Positions 9,741 to 19,052 of a stretch of 31,710 bases of DNA are shown piece by piece (the first letter of the stretch is position 1; each line of letters begins with the position of its first letter). A program made the translations under genes and the position numbers. The DNA is from a virus (lineage: Duplodnaviria; Caudoviricetes), in IMG/VR virus record IMGVR_UViG_3300024284_000017, positions 1-31,710 of that record. One strand, 5' to 3'. The notes beneath the pieces are model-generated. The model was not told where the DNA came from and did no database searches. It saw only the letters and a list, made by a program, of their open reading frames with translations.

Positions 9741-10160
9741 TTATTCGCACGGCGGCACTACGACCGCCAAAATTTCCGAGGGATTCGATTGTCCAAACTC
9801 ACCGAACGCCACGACCTGATAGTAAAAGGTCCCGGCATCCTCGACGTCCTCGGAGAACGTCAAGACATCCACCGACGCCCGGTAGATGAACGGGCCGACC
9901 GCGTCGTCCGACCGCAGCACGTTGTAACCCAGGGCGCCGGTCACAGCGTCCCAAGTCAACGTCACCACTCGCGGACAGTCACTCACACTCGATTGCAAAT
10001 TCGTCGGGCCAGCCGGCGCATTGACCGGGATAAACCCGGACACATCGGTTCCAGAACCGCTGCCGCTCTCCTCGGGACCGAGTTGGCAAATTAGCGGAGA
10101 CCGGTAGTTGATTCGCAACTCCCGGCGCGTAATTGGCCGCAATGCGTCAAACTGCATCAT
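9741..10160 (-). CDS. Fibronectin type III domain virion protein
   Basis: PAGPTNL...VTLTWDAVTGALGYNVLRS...YYQVVAF...GQSNPS is the FN3 pattern; ATGA overlap with the upstream gene. Confidence 0.8.
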   Translation of the reverse strand: MMQFDALRPITRRELRINYRSPLICQLGPEESGSGSGTDVSGFIPVNAPAGPTNLQSSVSDCPRVVTLTWDAVTGALGYNVLRSDDAVGPFIYRASVDVLTFSEDVEDAGTFYYQVVAFGEFGQSNPSEILAVVVPPCE

Positions 10161-12127
10161 AGACCGAGTCCCGTCGAAATCAAAATCGGCAGCGCCTCTT
10201 CCAGTTTTCGCGCAGCCTTGCGTCGCGCGGTCGTGGTGGCGATTCGGTCAGCGTTATCTTGGCTGATGACCGATTCACCATATCCCGTTCCCACTTCCGT
10301 AATCCCCTGCTCCGTCAACGACACCGTCTGGTTGCTCGTGAACAGCGGGATGTTCGAATTCAGTTCTTCGACCGAGTCCGAAGCTGCACCGTCGAATCGC
10401 ACAAAATTCTGTTCGGCTCCTTCGTTTTCCTCGCAGCGGCCAGAAAGTTCTTTGTTCGGACTGACCGACCCCGGCGTGCCCGGCGCGGGTTCCATGTAAA
10501 CGCGAATTCCACGAACAGCACCAGGACCAGAGCCAACAATGAGAAGTTGAAAAGATTCATCCAGGAAGTCCAGCTTGATGCTTTCGACGTCGCACGAGGA
10601 CAAGTCCTCCGACGACGCGAGCAGCCGACCGTCCTGGGTTCGGAGAGCACGCACCTGCTTTTTGAAAGCGAAGATTTTTTGGTCACTGGTGATTTTGTGA
10701 CCAACGCGAAACGAGCCGCGGGGCGATTCGATTCGTTTCGTCATCACGCGTTTGTATCGTCCCCGATGCGGACCGGCCCAGAAGACCCCGAGGTCAACCG
10801 TTCCCGCCAACTCCGACATGTAGATGTCCGCATACAACATTTTCTTGTCCTTGAGCGGGACGTCCGAGCTATACGCTCGCGTCTCGACCCACCAAGTAAT
10901 CGGGCAGCCGTCGTCCAGGCGGTCCGGCGAGAACGCTTCCCACAGCCGGTTCTGCCCGTCGAAATCCACGCTCGCGAAAAAAGCCCGGTTCCGTCCGGCG
11001 AACAGACCGGAAATCCAGTCCGAGGGCCGCGTCCCGGTCCAGAAAGAGTTCCACGTAAACTGCGGGCTATTCTGGTTTCGGTTCATCAGCGTCGCGCCGT
11101 CCATCACCCAGGTGTGAGTGTTGAACTTGTCGCAGTGCGGAACCGACACCATCAGATAGTGCTCGAAGGTTCCCACAGCCACGCCGGCCAAGTCATCACC
11201 CAGGCGCGTTTTGCTGTCCATCATTTCGCTGTCCTGGTCTTCCATGAGCGAAGACCGGCGAGTCAATTCCGCTGCGTTGACGTTCGTGAAGCCGTCCGCG
11301 GAGAACCACCACAGGAGTCCGTGATACAGCGTCAACGCTTTTGCCGAGACGCAGCCGATGTCCGGGAACTGCAAAAACTGAAAGTTCGGGGTGCTCGCCC
11401 ACAGGGTTCGGTCGCGAATCCCAGACTGAATCAAGGTCGTCGTGTCGTCCGTGAAAACGAACAGGGACGCCAGCTCCGCGTTCGCCGTCGGTTCCGCCAG
11501 CGCGGTAATCTCGCCGGGGAGCGTGAACGCCTCGACGGTGGCGAAGTATTGGGGTTCGAGGAAATGCCGCGGGTCGTAGATGTCCGAGGCGAAAAGTTTT
11601 GCGCCCTGGGCGACCCACAGGCGGTCGCCGCTCCACGCCATCGGCCCGCCCAGCTTGATATTCTCGTCGTGTTCGGCGTTGAACCCGTCAAACACCGCCG
11701 GCGCTGTCAGACCGCCGTCCTGGATGATGACCAAATTGATGGGCGGGATGAGCCGGAGCGAGTTGTCGTCGTTGCGGGTCACCGCCTGTTCGGCCTGGAC
11801 GAAGAAAAGCTGGCGAGCGGTCGCAGAGAATTGAATCGCGAGCTGCCGGTAAGTCTTGTAGGGATACTCCGACAGGAACACGCTCCCGTCCACCGCGAAC
11901 AGAATCGACTCGATGCCGACCTTGGGCCGGAAGATGAACGCCCCTTGGAGGTTGCCCGGCGGCATTACGAACTTGCAACGATAGCCGGGACGACACTGCA
12001 CGATTCCACCGCGGTTCACGGTGTTCATGCTGCGGGCATAAAAGCCTGGGGTAAGCTGGTTCGAGTCGGACATGGAATCCATGCCGCCTAGAAACGTCAA
12101 CTCCCCATCCTCGACTCGTGGCGTCAC
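10157..12127 (-). CDS. Tail nozzle / head-closure protein (T7 gp12 / P22 gp10-like position)
   Basis: 656 aa, beta-rich, with RLWVA...ASDI and IGCVS segments; follows the putative adaptor. C-terminal SVISQDNADRIA motif. Confidence 0.65.
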   Translation of the reverse strand: MTPRVEDGELTFLGGMDSMSDSNQLTPGFYARSMNTVNRGGIVQCRPGYRCKFVMPPGNLQGAFIFRPKVGIESILFAVDGSVFLSEYPYKTYRQLAIQFSATARQLFFVQAEQAVTRNDDNSLRLIPPINLVIIQDGGLTAPAVFDGFNAEHDENIKLGGPMAWSGDRLWVAQGAKLFASDIYDPRHFLEPQYFATVEAFTLPGEITALAEPTANAELASLFVFTDDTTTLIQSGIRDRTLWASTPNFQFLQFPDIGCVSAKALTLYHGLLWWFSADGFTNVNAAELTRRSSLMEDQDSEMMDSKTRLGDDLAGVAVGTFEHYLMVSVPHCDKFNTHTWVMDGATLMNRNQNSPQFTWNSFWTGTRPSDWISGLFAGRNRAFFASVDFDGQNRLWEAFSPDRLDDGCPITWWVETRAYSSDVPLKDKKMLYADIYMSELAGTVDLGVFWAGPHRGRYKRVMTKRIESPRGSFRVGHKITSDQKIFAFKKQVRALRTQDGRLLASSEDLSSCDVESIKLDFLDESFQLLIVGSGPGAVRGIRVYMEPAPGTPGSVSPNKELSGRCEENEGAEQNFVRFDGAASDSVEELNSNIPLFTSNQTVSLTEQGITEVGTGYGESVISQDNADRIATTTARRKAARKLEEALPILISTGLGL

Positions 12128-12130
12128 TGA

Positions 12131-12328
12131 TTAAAGACTCCCGACGTATTCGCTGTAGTTGCCCTTGTCATGGCCGTTTTTCAAACGGTCAATCAGGTCG
12201 CGTTCCTCGCACTTGCCGTCGGAGTATTGAAAAATCTCCTGCGGCGCGGGGACGTTCGCGTTCGTCTTGGCGTTTTCGGTCGCGCCATTTGAGGGGGCAG
12301 CCCCTCGGTCTTGTTTCACGTTCTTCAT
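12131..12328 (-). CDS. Small hypothetical protein
   Basis: 65 aa, with 1-nt and 3-nt gaps to neighbours. Confidence 0.55.
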   Translation of the reverse strand: MKNVKQDRGAAPSNGATENAKTNANVPAPQEIFQYSDGKCEERDLIDRLKNGHDKGNYSEYVGSL

Positions 12329-12329
12329 G

Positions 12330-13277
12330 TTAGTCTACGTTCCAGTCATCTTTTTGTGCGATGCTGTTGCGGTCTTCCACTTGCATCGGGAGCGCGTTCG
12401 GACTGGTCAACGCGCCCTCTTGTTCGGTCAAAATTCGTGTGGCGTGCGCCTCGAACTGCATGCCGTTGGCAACGTCCGAGTCGATGTAGAACTTCACGGC
12501 CTTCATCGCGAGCACCAGGGCGAATCGGCTGTGCAGCAGGATTCGCGTATTCGGGCTCGTGACCGTAAACGTTTTCTTGCGATACAAAATCCGAACCCAC
12601 GGACAGCCGCGGTTGATTTTGATGCGCCGATACCGCGGATGGGTTTCCTCCGGGTCGTAAATTCCAATGAGCGTGCCGCTGCTGGACGAGTTGTCGAACG
12701 TCGAGAGACGAATGATTCCGTCGGAGCGTTCCTTGACGATGTTCGTAATGCGGCCAACAATCGGGTCCGTGGAGGCGGGCACCGCGTAGCCAAAAATCGT
12801 GGGCACCAACAGACCGTCGGTCCACACACCGTTTTCCAGCGTCTGGAGCGGCTTGTTTTGGTTGTCAAATCCGAACACGCGAAGCTCGCGGTTGGAATCT
12901 GACGGCTTGTCAACGAAGGCCACGAGCCGCCCAGGGCAAATCAAGTCCTTGTAGGTGACCGCGGGAAGCTCGTCGAACCAAGAATAGTCGCAGCGGGTCT
13001 TGCGGTCGCCCGGCCCATTCAGGTGCCAGGAGAAAAGTTCGTTGTGGCCGAGCGCGGGGCGCCCAGCGAGGTTCACCCCAAAAACGGTTTCGACTTCGTT
13101 CGGGAGCGTGACGCACTTGTTCTGCACGCAGATGTCGAGCGCGCCAACGAGAGGGTCGATGTCGCCCTTATTGGCCAGCAATCGAATCGCGTCAGTGATA
13201 TATCGGAACAGCTTTTCTTCCTTGCAGATTCCGAAAATGTCCCTGGCGTCGTCGAGAACATCTTGAGCTTGGAACAT
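12330..13277 (-). CDS. Putative head-tail adaptor (tail tubular protein A-like)
   Basis: Likely start ATG 13277 (MFQAQDVLDDARDIFG), 1 nt after the upstream TAA; 315 aa; N- and C-terminal helices around a beta core; precedes the nozzle-like gene. Confidence 0.6.
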   Translation of the reverse strand: MFQAQDVLDDARDIFGICKEEKLFRYITDAIRLLANKGDIDPLVGALDICVQNKCVTLPNEVETVFGVNLAGRPALGHNELFSWHLNGPGDRKTRCDYSWFDELPAVTYKDLICPGRLVAFVDKPSDSNRELRVFGFDNQNKPLQTLENGVWTDGLLVPTIFGYAVPASTDPIVGRITNIVKERSDGIIRLSTFDNSSSSGTLIGIYDPEETHPRYRRIKINRGCPWVRILYRKKTFTVTSPNTRILLHSRFALVLAMKAVKFYIDSDVANGMQFEAHATRILTEQEGALTSPNALPMQVEDRNSIAQKDDWNVD

Positions 13278-13278
13278 A

Positions 13279-13569
13279 TTATGTGCCGGACCCCGGCTTG
13301 CCTTTGCCCATCTCCGCTTTGATGCGGTCCAACGCTTCCGCGCCGCTGGCGGAATCGCCAGAAGAATTGACCAACCCGTCGATGAGCCGCCGGCGCCCGT
13401 GAACGGCGCGGTGTTGTTCCACCACGTCGTTGAATTCGTCCGAGTCACCCTTGCCCGCGTCGAGCAGTTCGCGGCCCCGAGCTTCGAGGTCGCCTTTCTG
13501 CTTGTCGAGGTCCTTGATGTGGGACTCGTAGTCCACTCCAACCGCTTTGTCTGAGCCTCCGTATGCCAT
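13279..13569 (-). CDS. Small helical hypothetical protein with scaffold-like C-terminal motif
   Basis: 96 aa; ends SGAEALDRIKAEMGKGKPGSGT. Confidence 0.7.
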   Translation of the reverse strand: MAYGGSDKAVGVDYESHIKDLDKQKGDLEARGRELLDAGKGDSDEFNDVVEQHRAVHGRRRLIDGLVNSSGDSASGAEALDRIKAEMGKGKPGSGT

Positions 13570-13572
13570 AAA

Positions 13573-13893
13573 TTATTCCTTGCCTTCCGCCTCTTTGGCG
13601 TAGCGGTCCAGCGCGTCGGACCCGGACTCTTCCTCGGTTTCGCCCTCTTCCTCGCCCGCCTCAACGGACTCGATGGACTGGATTTCCAGGTCCACCGTGT
13701 AGCGGGCCTTGCCGCTCCGGTCCTTGGACTTGTTCTCGCCGGTCTTGCGGAAAGTCACGGTCAGCTCGCCGGAGTCCGGGAGGTCATAATCCGTCGGCCA
13801 CTCCAGGTGGAGAGAGGGATACATCTTGCTGGGCATGTCGGAGACCGCGGTCGGCCCCTCCATTTTGTAACCCAAATCCATCGGTAGTTTCAT
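13573..13893 (-). CDS. Small acidic hypothetical protein with scaffold-like C-terminal motif
   Basis: ATG 13893 (MKLPMDLG), 106 aa; small beta domain, acidic linker, ends SGSDALDRYAKEAEGKE; directly follows a promoter-like motif. Confidence 0.7.
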   Translation of the reverse strand: MKLPMDLGYKMEGPTAVSDMPSKMYPSLHLEWPTDYDLPDSGELTVTFRKTGENKSKDRSGKARYTVDLEIQSIESVEAGEEEGETEEESGSDALDRYAKEAEGKE

Positions 13894-13899
13894 CGTAGA

Positions 13900-13928
13900 A
13901 GAAGTGTTGATTTCCAGCCGTTTGTCAA
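13900..13928 (-). promoter_or_regulatory. Promoter-like motif TTGACA-N16-CACTTCT (copy 1)
   Basis: TTGACA aacggctggaaatcaa CACTTCT, ending 6 nt before ATG 13893; same motif and spacing at 21370-21398 and 29650-29678. Confidence 0.75.
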
Positions 13929-15244
13929 TAGAGTTTGAAGACGGCGATTCCGCCGACCTCAATGGGAACCGTGGCATGGCTCCACCAAATGTCGATGCTG
14001 TCCAGGGCGCCGTTCGTCTCACTGTGCGTCGCCGACTGAGTGGATGAAGCGCCGTCATACCACCACGAATTGTAGGTTGCCACGTCCGTGCTCGTGACCG
14101 CGGCCAAAAGGGCGCCCCAGTCAATTCCCGCTTCCGGCCCCGCGCCGGTCCCAGAACTTTTCGGCCCCTGGACAAAAAAGCTGTAGGTGTTGGCGGTCGT
14201 CCCCCAACGGTTGCGCGCAATGTCGCATACGTTAATGACCTGCGCAGCAGACCCCGCCGCCGCATACCCCTTCATGGACGACACGCCGCCCATGTCCGTC
14301 CAAGTCGTGAGATTTTTCGTCGAGCCGCCAGCGAAGGAGGCCGCAAAAGTCGCCATGTCGTTTCCGGCGCTGTAGGTATACTGGTTCGTATTCCCTGGAC
14401 GCGTGGTCGCGCCGGCGAAATTCGCGCAGCCCGTGCTGCCTGCGCCGCTCACGATTCCCGAGCAGACGCCAAATGCAAAATCGCCCGTGATGGTCGCCGC
14501 GCCGCTGATGCGGAGCAAAAGACCAATGCGGATGCGTTTCCACTTTTCTCCCCACGCCATCTTGCGTTTGAATTCGCCTGGGCCAACGAGCGAGAGTCGC
14601 TTATCGGACCGACCGTCGAACGCGGTGACCGCAACGATGGTCGCGCCGGACGCCGAGCCCGAGCCGCTCCACCCCGAGCCGCTGGTGAAGTTGGAAATTG
14701 CGCCCGTAGCGTAGTCATCAAAATTATCGAGAGCGAAAGAGTCACTGGTCTGAGACGCGCCCGCGACGCCCGCTGAGCCCGTCGGCCCTGTCGGCCCCGT
14801 GGGACCTGTCGGCCCCGTGGCCCCGCTCGCGCCCGTCGGACCCGTGGGACCCGTCGCGCCGCTCGCGCCCGTGGGACCCGTCGGACCTGTCGGACCTGTC
14901 GGACCTGTCGGACCCGTGACACCATTGGCACCCGCGGACCCCGTGGGTCCCGTCGGCCCCGTTGGCCCGGTCGGACCATTCGCGCCCGTCGGACCCACTG
15001 GCCCGGTCGGACCTGTCGGACCCGTCGGCCCCGTAACACCGTTCGTCCCGTTCGTTCCCGCGGCCCCGGTCGGCCCCGTGGGACCGGTCGGACCTGTCGG
15101 ACCCGTGACTCGGTTCAGGTCATTGACATGAAGCCGATAAAGCTGAATCACGCCGCCCGGATTGAGTTTTCCAATCAGGATATGCCCGTCATCCGCCGTA
15201 GTCAGCGGCGCTGTCTCGTAAAACTCTTCGAGGGCGTAGTTCAT
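13925..15244 (-). CDS. Collagen-like fibre protein with C-terminal beta-sandwich (possibly lectin-like) domain
   Basis: 39 consecutive G-X-Y triplets, then a ~270-aa domain paralogous to that of 15245-16363. Confidence 0.85.
   Translation of the reverse strand: MNYALEEFYETAPLTTADDGHILIGKLNPGGVIQLYRLHVNDLNRVTGPTGPTGPTGPTGAAGTNGTNGVTGPTGPTGPTGPVGPTGANGPTGPTGPTGPTGSAGANGVTGPTGPTGPTGPTGPTGASGATGPTGPTGASGATGPTGPTGPTGPTGSAGVAGASQTSDSFALDNFDDYATGAISNFTSGSGWSGSGSASGATIVAVTAFDGRSDKRLSLVGPGEFKRKMAWGEKWKRIRIGLLLRISGAATITGDFAFGVCSGIVSGAGSTGCANFAGATTRPGNTNQYTYSAGNDMATFAASFAGGSTKNLTTWTDMGGVSSMKGYAAAGSAAQVINVCDIARNRWGTTANTYSFFVQGPKSSGTGAGPEAGIDWGALLAAVTSTDVATYNSWWYDGASSTQSATHSETNGALDSIDIWWSHATVPIEVGGIAVFKLY
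14753..15103 (-). repeat. Collagen G-X-Y coding repeat (39 triplets, 23 of them GPT)
   Basis: Degenerate 9-bp tandem repeats (e.g. gtcggacct on the + strand), counted from the translation. Confidence 0.95.
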
Positions 15245-16363
15245 TTAGTAAACCTTGTGGACGGCCATGCCGCAAATTTCCAGCGGGTGCGCGCCATCCC
15301 ATCGGATATTGAGCGTATCGAAAGCGCCGGTGCTTTCGTCGTCGTTGAAGCTATTGGTGACCGTTCCTGCGCCGGTCACAGTGACAATCGTGTCGTCCTG
15401 CGCCAGCGAACTGTTGTTCGCGCTGTCCAGGATGGTGTGGAAAAGCGACCGCTTGCTCAAAGAGAATTCCGCCTGGGTGGCGTTCGTCGAGCGCATGCCC
15501 CACGAGTATGCCACCGACGTCGCGGAGGTAGCAAACACCGGGCGCGCAACTTCCAAAAAGAACATCGTGCGCAGAGCCTCCGTGGATGCGAATCGGCGAC
15601 CATCCGACCCGGCTCCTCCCCCTTGGTCAACTGGGGCGCCGGCGCCACGCTTCGTAACGAAACGCGTGCCGACACTCTGCGCGAAAAAGTCCACCGTCGT
15701 TCCGTTCGTGAATACCCACGAGTTCACGTTGACCGGGTCAAAATAAAGACCGATGGCGTTTGCAGTCGTCCCGCCGAAAGGGTTCGTGGTGCCGGAGCAC
15801 AATCCAATGAACCCGTTCGCGGTGAAAGTTGATGCGCCGTTGCAGCGAAGAAGCAGCGCAATGCGCAGCCGGTGCCAATCGCTGCCGATGTAAAGCTTGC
15901 GCGCAAATTCGCCCGAGGACAAACTCAAACGCCGTTCCGTGCGACCGTTCGCGATGTTCCGCTGCACGATGGTTCCGCCCGAGACAACGCCGGCGGTGTC
16001 CCAGCCGAATCCGCCGTTCGGCGCGACAATCGCGCCAGGGGCGTATTCCTCGAACAGGTCCATCGACAAACCATCGGGATGCACCCACTCGTCCGAACTA
16101 TCGGCACCCTGCGCGCCCGTCGGGCCAGTTGGACCCTGCCCGCCATTCGCGCCCGTCGGCCCCGTTGGGCCGGTCGCGCCGGGATTGCCATCCAAGCCCG
16201 GCAAACCTTGTGGGCCTGCCGGACCGGTGGCACCCAGTTGGTCAGGTGCAATTTTCTTCGTGATATACGGATGCTCAGAACCCGGCGGCTGCTCCTCGGC
16301 AATGAAAAGCCAACCCTTGGCGACTGCCTGCTCACCGTTTACATATTGGGAAACTTTGCTCAT
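15245..16363 (-). CDS. Collagen-like fibre protein, paralogue of 13925-15244
   Basis: 15 G-X-Y triplets (16100-16234), then DLFEEY...RRLSL..GEFARK...W.R.RI.LLLR...G.CSG...AVHKVY. Confidence 0.85.
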   Translation of the reverse strand: MSKVSQYVNGEQAVAKGWLFIAEEQPPGSEHPYITKKIAPDQLGATGPAGPQGLPGLDGNPGATGPTGPTGANGGQGPTGPTGAQGADSSDEWVHPDGLSMDLFEEYAPGAIVAPNGGFGWDTAGVVSGGTIVQRNIANGRTERRLSLSSGEFARKLYIGSDWHRLRIALLLRCNGASTFTANGFIGLCSGTTNPFGGTTANAIGLYFDPVNVNSWVFTNGTTVDFFAQSVGTRFVTKRGAGAPVDQGGGAGSDGRRFASTEALRTMFFLEVARPVFATSATSVAYSWGMRSTNATQAEFSLSKRSLFHTILDSANNSSLAQDDTIVTVTGAGTVTNSFNDDESTGAFDTLNIRWDGAHPLEICGMAVHKVY

Positions 16364-16575
16364 TGCTGTTTCAGGTCGTCGATGATGGTCGCTCCGGTGA
16401 CCTCATCCAAAATTGGAAATCCGAATTCGTCCTGGAGAACGTCCTGGGATTCGTTGACGATGATGCGCGCCGGAAGCGTGCGCCCCGGCAAAATTTTCGT
16501 CGAACCACGAGGGAAACACGGATTCGACAAGTCGTTTTCCGGGTCGCGATGAATTGGATGCGTGCAGTCACTCAT
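16360..16575 (-). CDS. Small protein, possible fibre adaptor
   Basis: 71 aa with ATGA overlaps on both sides; acidic [15 protein letters not shown] repeat-like motif. Confidence 0.65.
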   Translation of the reverse strand: MSDCTHPIHRDPENDLSNPCFPRGSTKILPGRTLPARIIVNESQDVLQDEFGFPILDEVTGATIIDDLKQQ

Positions 16576-17726
16576 TGCAGTCGGATATATGCGATGTTCG
16601 AACCGTCTTGGAAGATGGTCTGTGGCGTATCGCCACTGGCCGAGGTTACGTGGACGTCAATGATTTCGTTGTCGCTGGACGTTGTCACCAAAGCCCAGAT
16701 GTGAACGTAGTTCGAATGGTTCGAGCCGCCGGTGTTCCAGATGATGACGTCCGGGTGTTCGCCGCCGGGGACCGGAGTCGCAGTCGTTTGGTTGTTGAGA
16801 TAAAAATCCCACTCAAGGTTGTTTCCGCTTCCGACGTCGTTGAAACAGCGGAACCGCGCGATGACCCAATAGGTCCCCGCGACCGGGAGGTTGACTTCCG
16901 GGTCATCAATTCCGAAAGTGATTTTTTGGTCCGCGTTCGTGACCGTGAAGTCCGTCGCGCCCGTGATGACGACTTGCCCGTTGGCGTTCGTAGTCACCGC
17001 GCCCGTCGGCCCCGTGGGACCCGTGGCGCCAGTCGGCCCTGTGGGACCCTGGATGCCCTGGGCGCCGGTCGGCCCCTGGGTGCCCGGCGTTCCCGGCGGT
17101 CCGGTAATCGTGAGCCCCTGCGGTCCGCACGGAATGACGACCGTTCCAGGAACAGTCACCACGTTTGGGGAGGGGACGGCGGAAATTAGTTGCGCGAAGA
17201 CCGAGTTCGACACTCGACTCGTCACGACGTAATAACCGGAGCCGGGGATGAAAACCGTCTGGCCGACGGTCACAGTGGGCGAAGCCACAATGTTGAAGTT
17301 CACCGTGCCGCCAGAGGAAGGCTGCACGAACGCCGTCAGCAAAATTGTCCAGGGCGTCGGTCCGTTCTCGCCGGCTGCGCCGGTCGCGCCAGTGGGACCT
17401 TCAAGCCCGTTGATACCATCGCGAAACAGCCGAAGGAAATAACACGCGAGCCCCTCGCCGTCCGCACGCGGATTGCCGGGCAGGCCGATGTCGAGATTAC
17501 ATGGCAGAATCCATCGGACCTGTCCGTCAATTTCCGTCTTGGTCACTGAACCGAAGAACGCATCGACGAAATTTTGGAGCGCGCTCGGAAGCGTTTCGCA
17601 GTCCGTCGAGTTTGGCGGACACGAACGACACGGGTTGCACTGCGTCGAACCGCAATCAGCCGGGAAGGTCTGGTTGCAATCCCCGCAATCTCCGTTGCAC
17701 CCTTGGCTACCGCAATCGCACGACAT
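16572..17726 (-). CDS. Cys-rich collagen-like protein with BclA/C1q-like C-terminal domain
   Basis: 10 Cys in the first 43 aa, two G-X-Y segments, and a beta-rich C-terminal domain with VNLPVAGTYWVIA, reminiscent of BclA-CTD/C1q folds. Confidence 0.75.
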   Translation of the reverse strand: MSCDCGSQGCNGDCGDCNQTFPADCGSTQCNPCRSCPPNSTDCETLPSALQNFVDAFFGSVTKTEIDGQVRWILPCNLDIGLPGNPRADGEGLACYFLRLFRDGINGLEGPTGATGAAGENGPTPWTILLTAFVQPSSGGTVNFNIVASPTVTVGQTVFIPGSGYYVVTSRVSNSVFAQLISAVPSPNVVTVPGTVVIPCGPQGLTITGPPGTPGTQGPTGAQGIQGPTGPTGATGPTGPTGAVTTNANGQVVITGATDFTVTNADQKITFGIDDPEVNLPVAGTYWVIARFRCFNDVGSGNNLEWDFYLNNQTTATPVPGGEHPDVIIWNTGGSNHSNYVHIWALVTTSSDNEIIDVHVTSASGDTPQTIFQDGSNIAYIRLQ

Positions 17727-17727
17727 A

Positions 17728-18261
17728 TTATTTCTTGAGGAGTTCAGTCACCTGCCCGCGCAAGTGCCCGTGACGATGGGCCACGAACCACAGCGCCGCG
17801 GCGCCGAGGGTTCCGCCCAGAATCAAAATTTCATTTCCGACGATGAGGGTCGGCAGCACTACGAGTAAAAGGCCGGCCACAGCAATCGCCGCGGACGTGG
17901 TCACGCTACCAACCACCGCTTTCAAATACGGGTTGAACGCGCTGAACACGCCAAATAAAAACACCAGGACGCCCAGCCAGACGATTCCTTTCAGCGAGCT
18001 GAGTTTTGCGGCGACCTCGCGCGCGGTGTCCTTTTGCGCGGCGCCAATTTTCGTGTGGACTTCCTCGGTCGTGACTCCGCTGGAATCCACCACGCGTTTG
18101 TAATCCTGGACGGTGGAGTCCTTCGGATTCTGCGACTGGTGAACTTGAATCACCTTGTGGCCGGCGGCATCCGTCTCGATGGACGAACGACCGGGCTTCA
18201 GTGGCAGGATAGAACATCCGGCCAGAAACACCGTCGCGAGTAGGGTGGCGAGTAGCTTCAT
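17728..18261 (-). CDS. Lipoprotein with C-terminal transmembrane segments (possible spanin-like lysis protein)
   Basis: Signal peptide with lipobox MKLLATLLATVFLAG-C, a ~75-aa hydrophilic segment, then about three hydrophobic helices. Confidence 0.7.
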   Translation of the reverse strand: MKLLATLLATVFLAGCSILPLKPGRSSIETDAAGHKVIQVHQSQNPKDSTVQDYKRVVDSSGVTTEEVHTKIGAAQKDTAREVAAKLSSLKGIVWLGVLVFLFGVFSAFNPYLKAVVGSVTTSAAIAVAGLLLVVLPTLIVGNEILILGGTLGAAALWFVAHRHGHLRGQVTELLKK

Positions 18262-19049
18262 TATGTTCCGATGAGTCCGTGAGTGATGAGGTCGTCAATC
18301 AGCGCCTTGACGTGCTGAGCGAGGACTTCGAGCGTCACCGTGCTGGTGGCAAAAGTCGCGCGAGTCGCCGTGCCCGTGGCCGCGGTCCACCCGGTCTGCC
18401 GAGCGTCCACAACCTTGGTGCCGGCTACCGCGAAGACGGTCCCGTTCTGCGCGCTGATTTGCGCGTTGGAAATCCGAATGGCTTCGAGACTGGTCCCGTT
18501 CAACGTCGGCGAAATCCGCATGTGCGAGGTTCGCGTTGCGTGAGTAGCGTCCGACCACAGCGTCGCGATTCGCGCCTGAAGCTGTCGGTCAGTCGTGGAC
18601 GAGTCTGCACGCAAATCCATAGACACGCCATCATTCGTCGCGCCATTTCCGCCCACCGTCTCGTGGTAAACTTCGAAGGCAACCGGCGAAGTATTCGTGC
18701 TGGCATCCGCAATGTTCGCCTGGAGGAAACCCGTTTGAACAACTGCGTAGTTAGAATCATCGGCTAACCGAACACGCAATAGCGCACCACTGTTTTTAAT
18801 AGCAGGAAAACTAGAAGTGGTCCCGCCAACATTCAACGTGGTGGTCGTTAACGCACCCGACATTGTATCGCCGGCCTTGTTCACGGGCGTGTATCCAAGC
18901 GCGCCGGTCACATCGGCAGAGAGAAGGGTGATGGCGCCGGAGCGGGCGTTGAAAGAGAGGACACCGGAGGACACGCCACCCTGGAGCAGAAGACAAATCT
19001 TCTTCAGCAGCGTATTGTCGGGGTCGTTGAGTCGAGGGGTCGTGTCCAT
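18261..19049 (-). CDS. Fibre protein with P22 gp26 (tail needle)-like C-terminal tip
   Basis: VLSFNARSGAITL and ALGYTPVNKAGDTMSG fibre motifs. The end KVVDARQTGWTAATGTA...KALIDDLITHGLIG resembles the gp26 C-terminus as I recall it. Confidence 0.75.
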   Translation of the reverse strand: MDTTPRLNDPDNTLLKKICLLLQGGVSSGVLSFNARSGAITLLSADVTGALGYTPVNKAGDTMSGALTTTTLNVGGTTSSFPAIKNSGALLRVRLADDSNYAVVQTGFLQANIADASTNTSPVAFEVYHETVGGNGATNDGVSMDLRADSSTTDRQLQARIATLWSDATHATRTSHMRISPTLNGTSLEAIRISNAQISAQNGTVFAVAGTKVVDARQTGWTAATGTATRATFATSTVTLEVLAQHVKALIDDLITHGLIGT

Positions 19050-19052
19050 AGG

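Noticed and set aside
13278-14265. Long N-terminal extensions in the ORF track (12330-13664, 13573-14265; likewise 21395-22480, 23570-24484, 19406-19648)
   Set aside because: They overlap better-supported genes or the terminator; downstream coupled starts fit the packing pattern.
14753-15103. Tandem 9-bp repeats resembling an array
   Set aside because: No repeat-spacer structure; fully explained by G-X-Y collagen coding, so not CRISPR.
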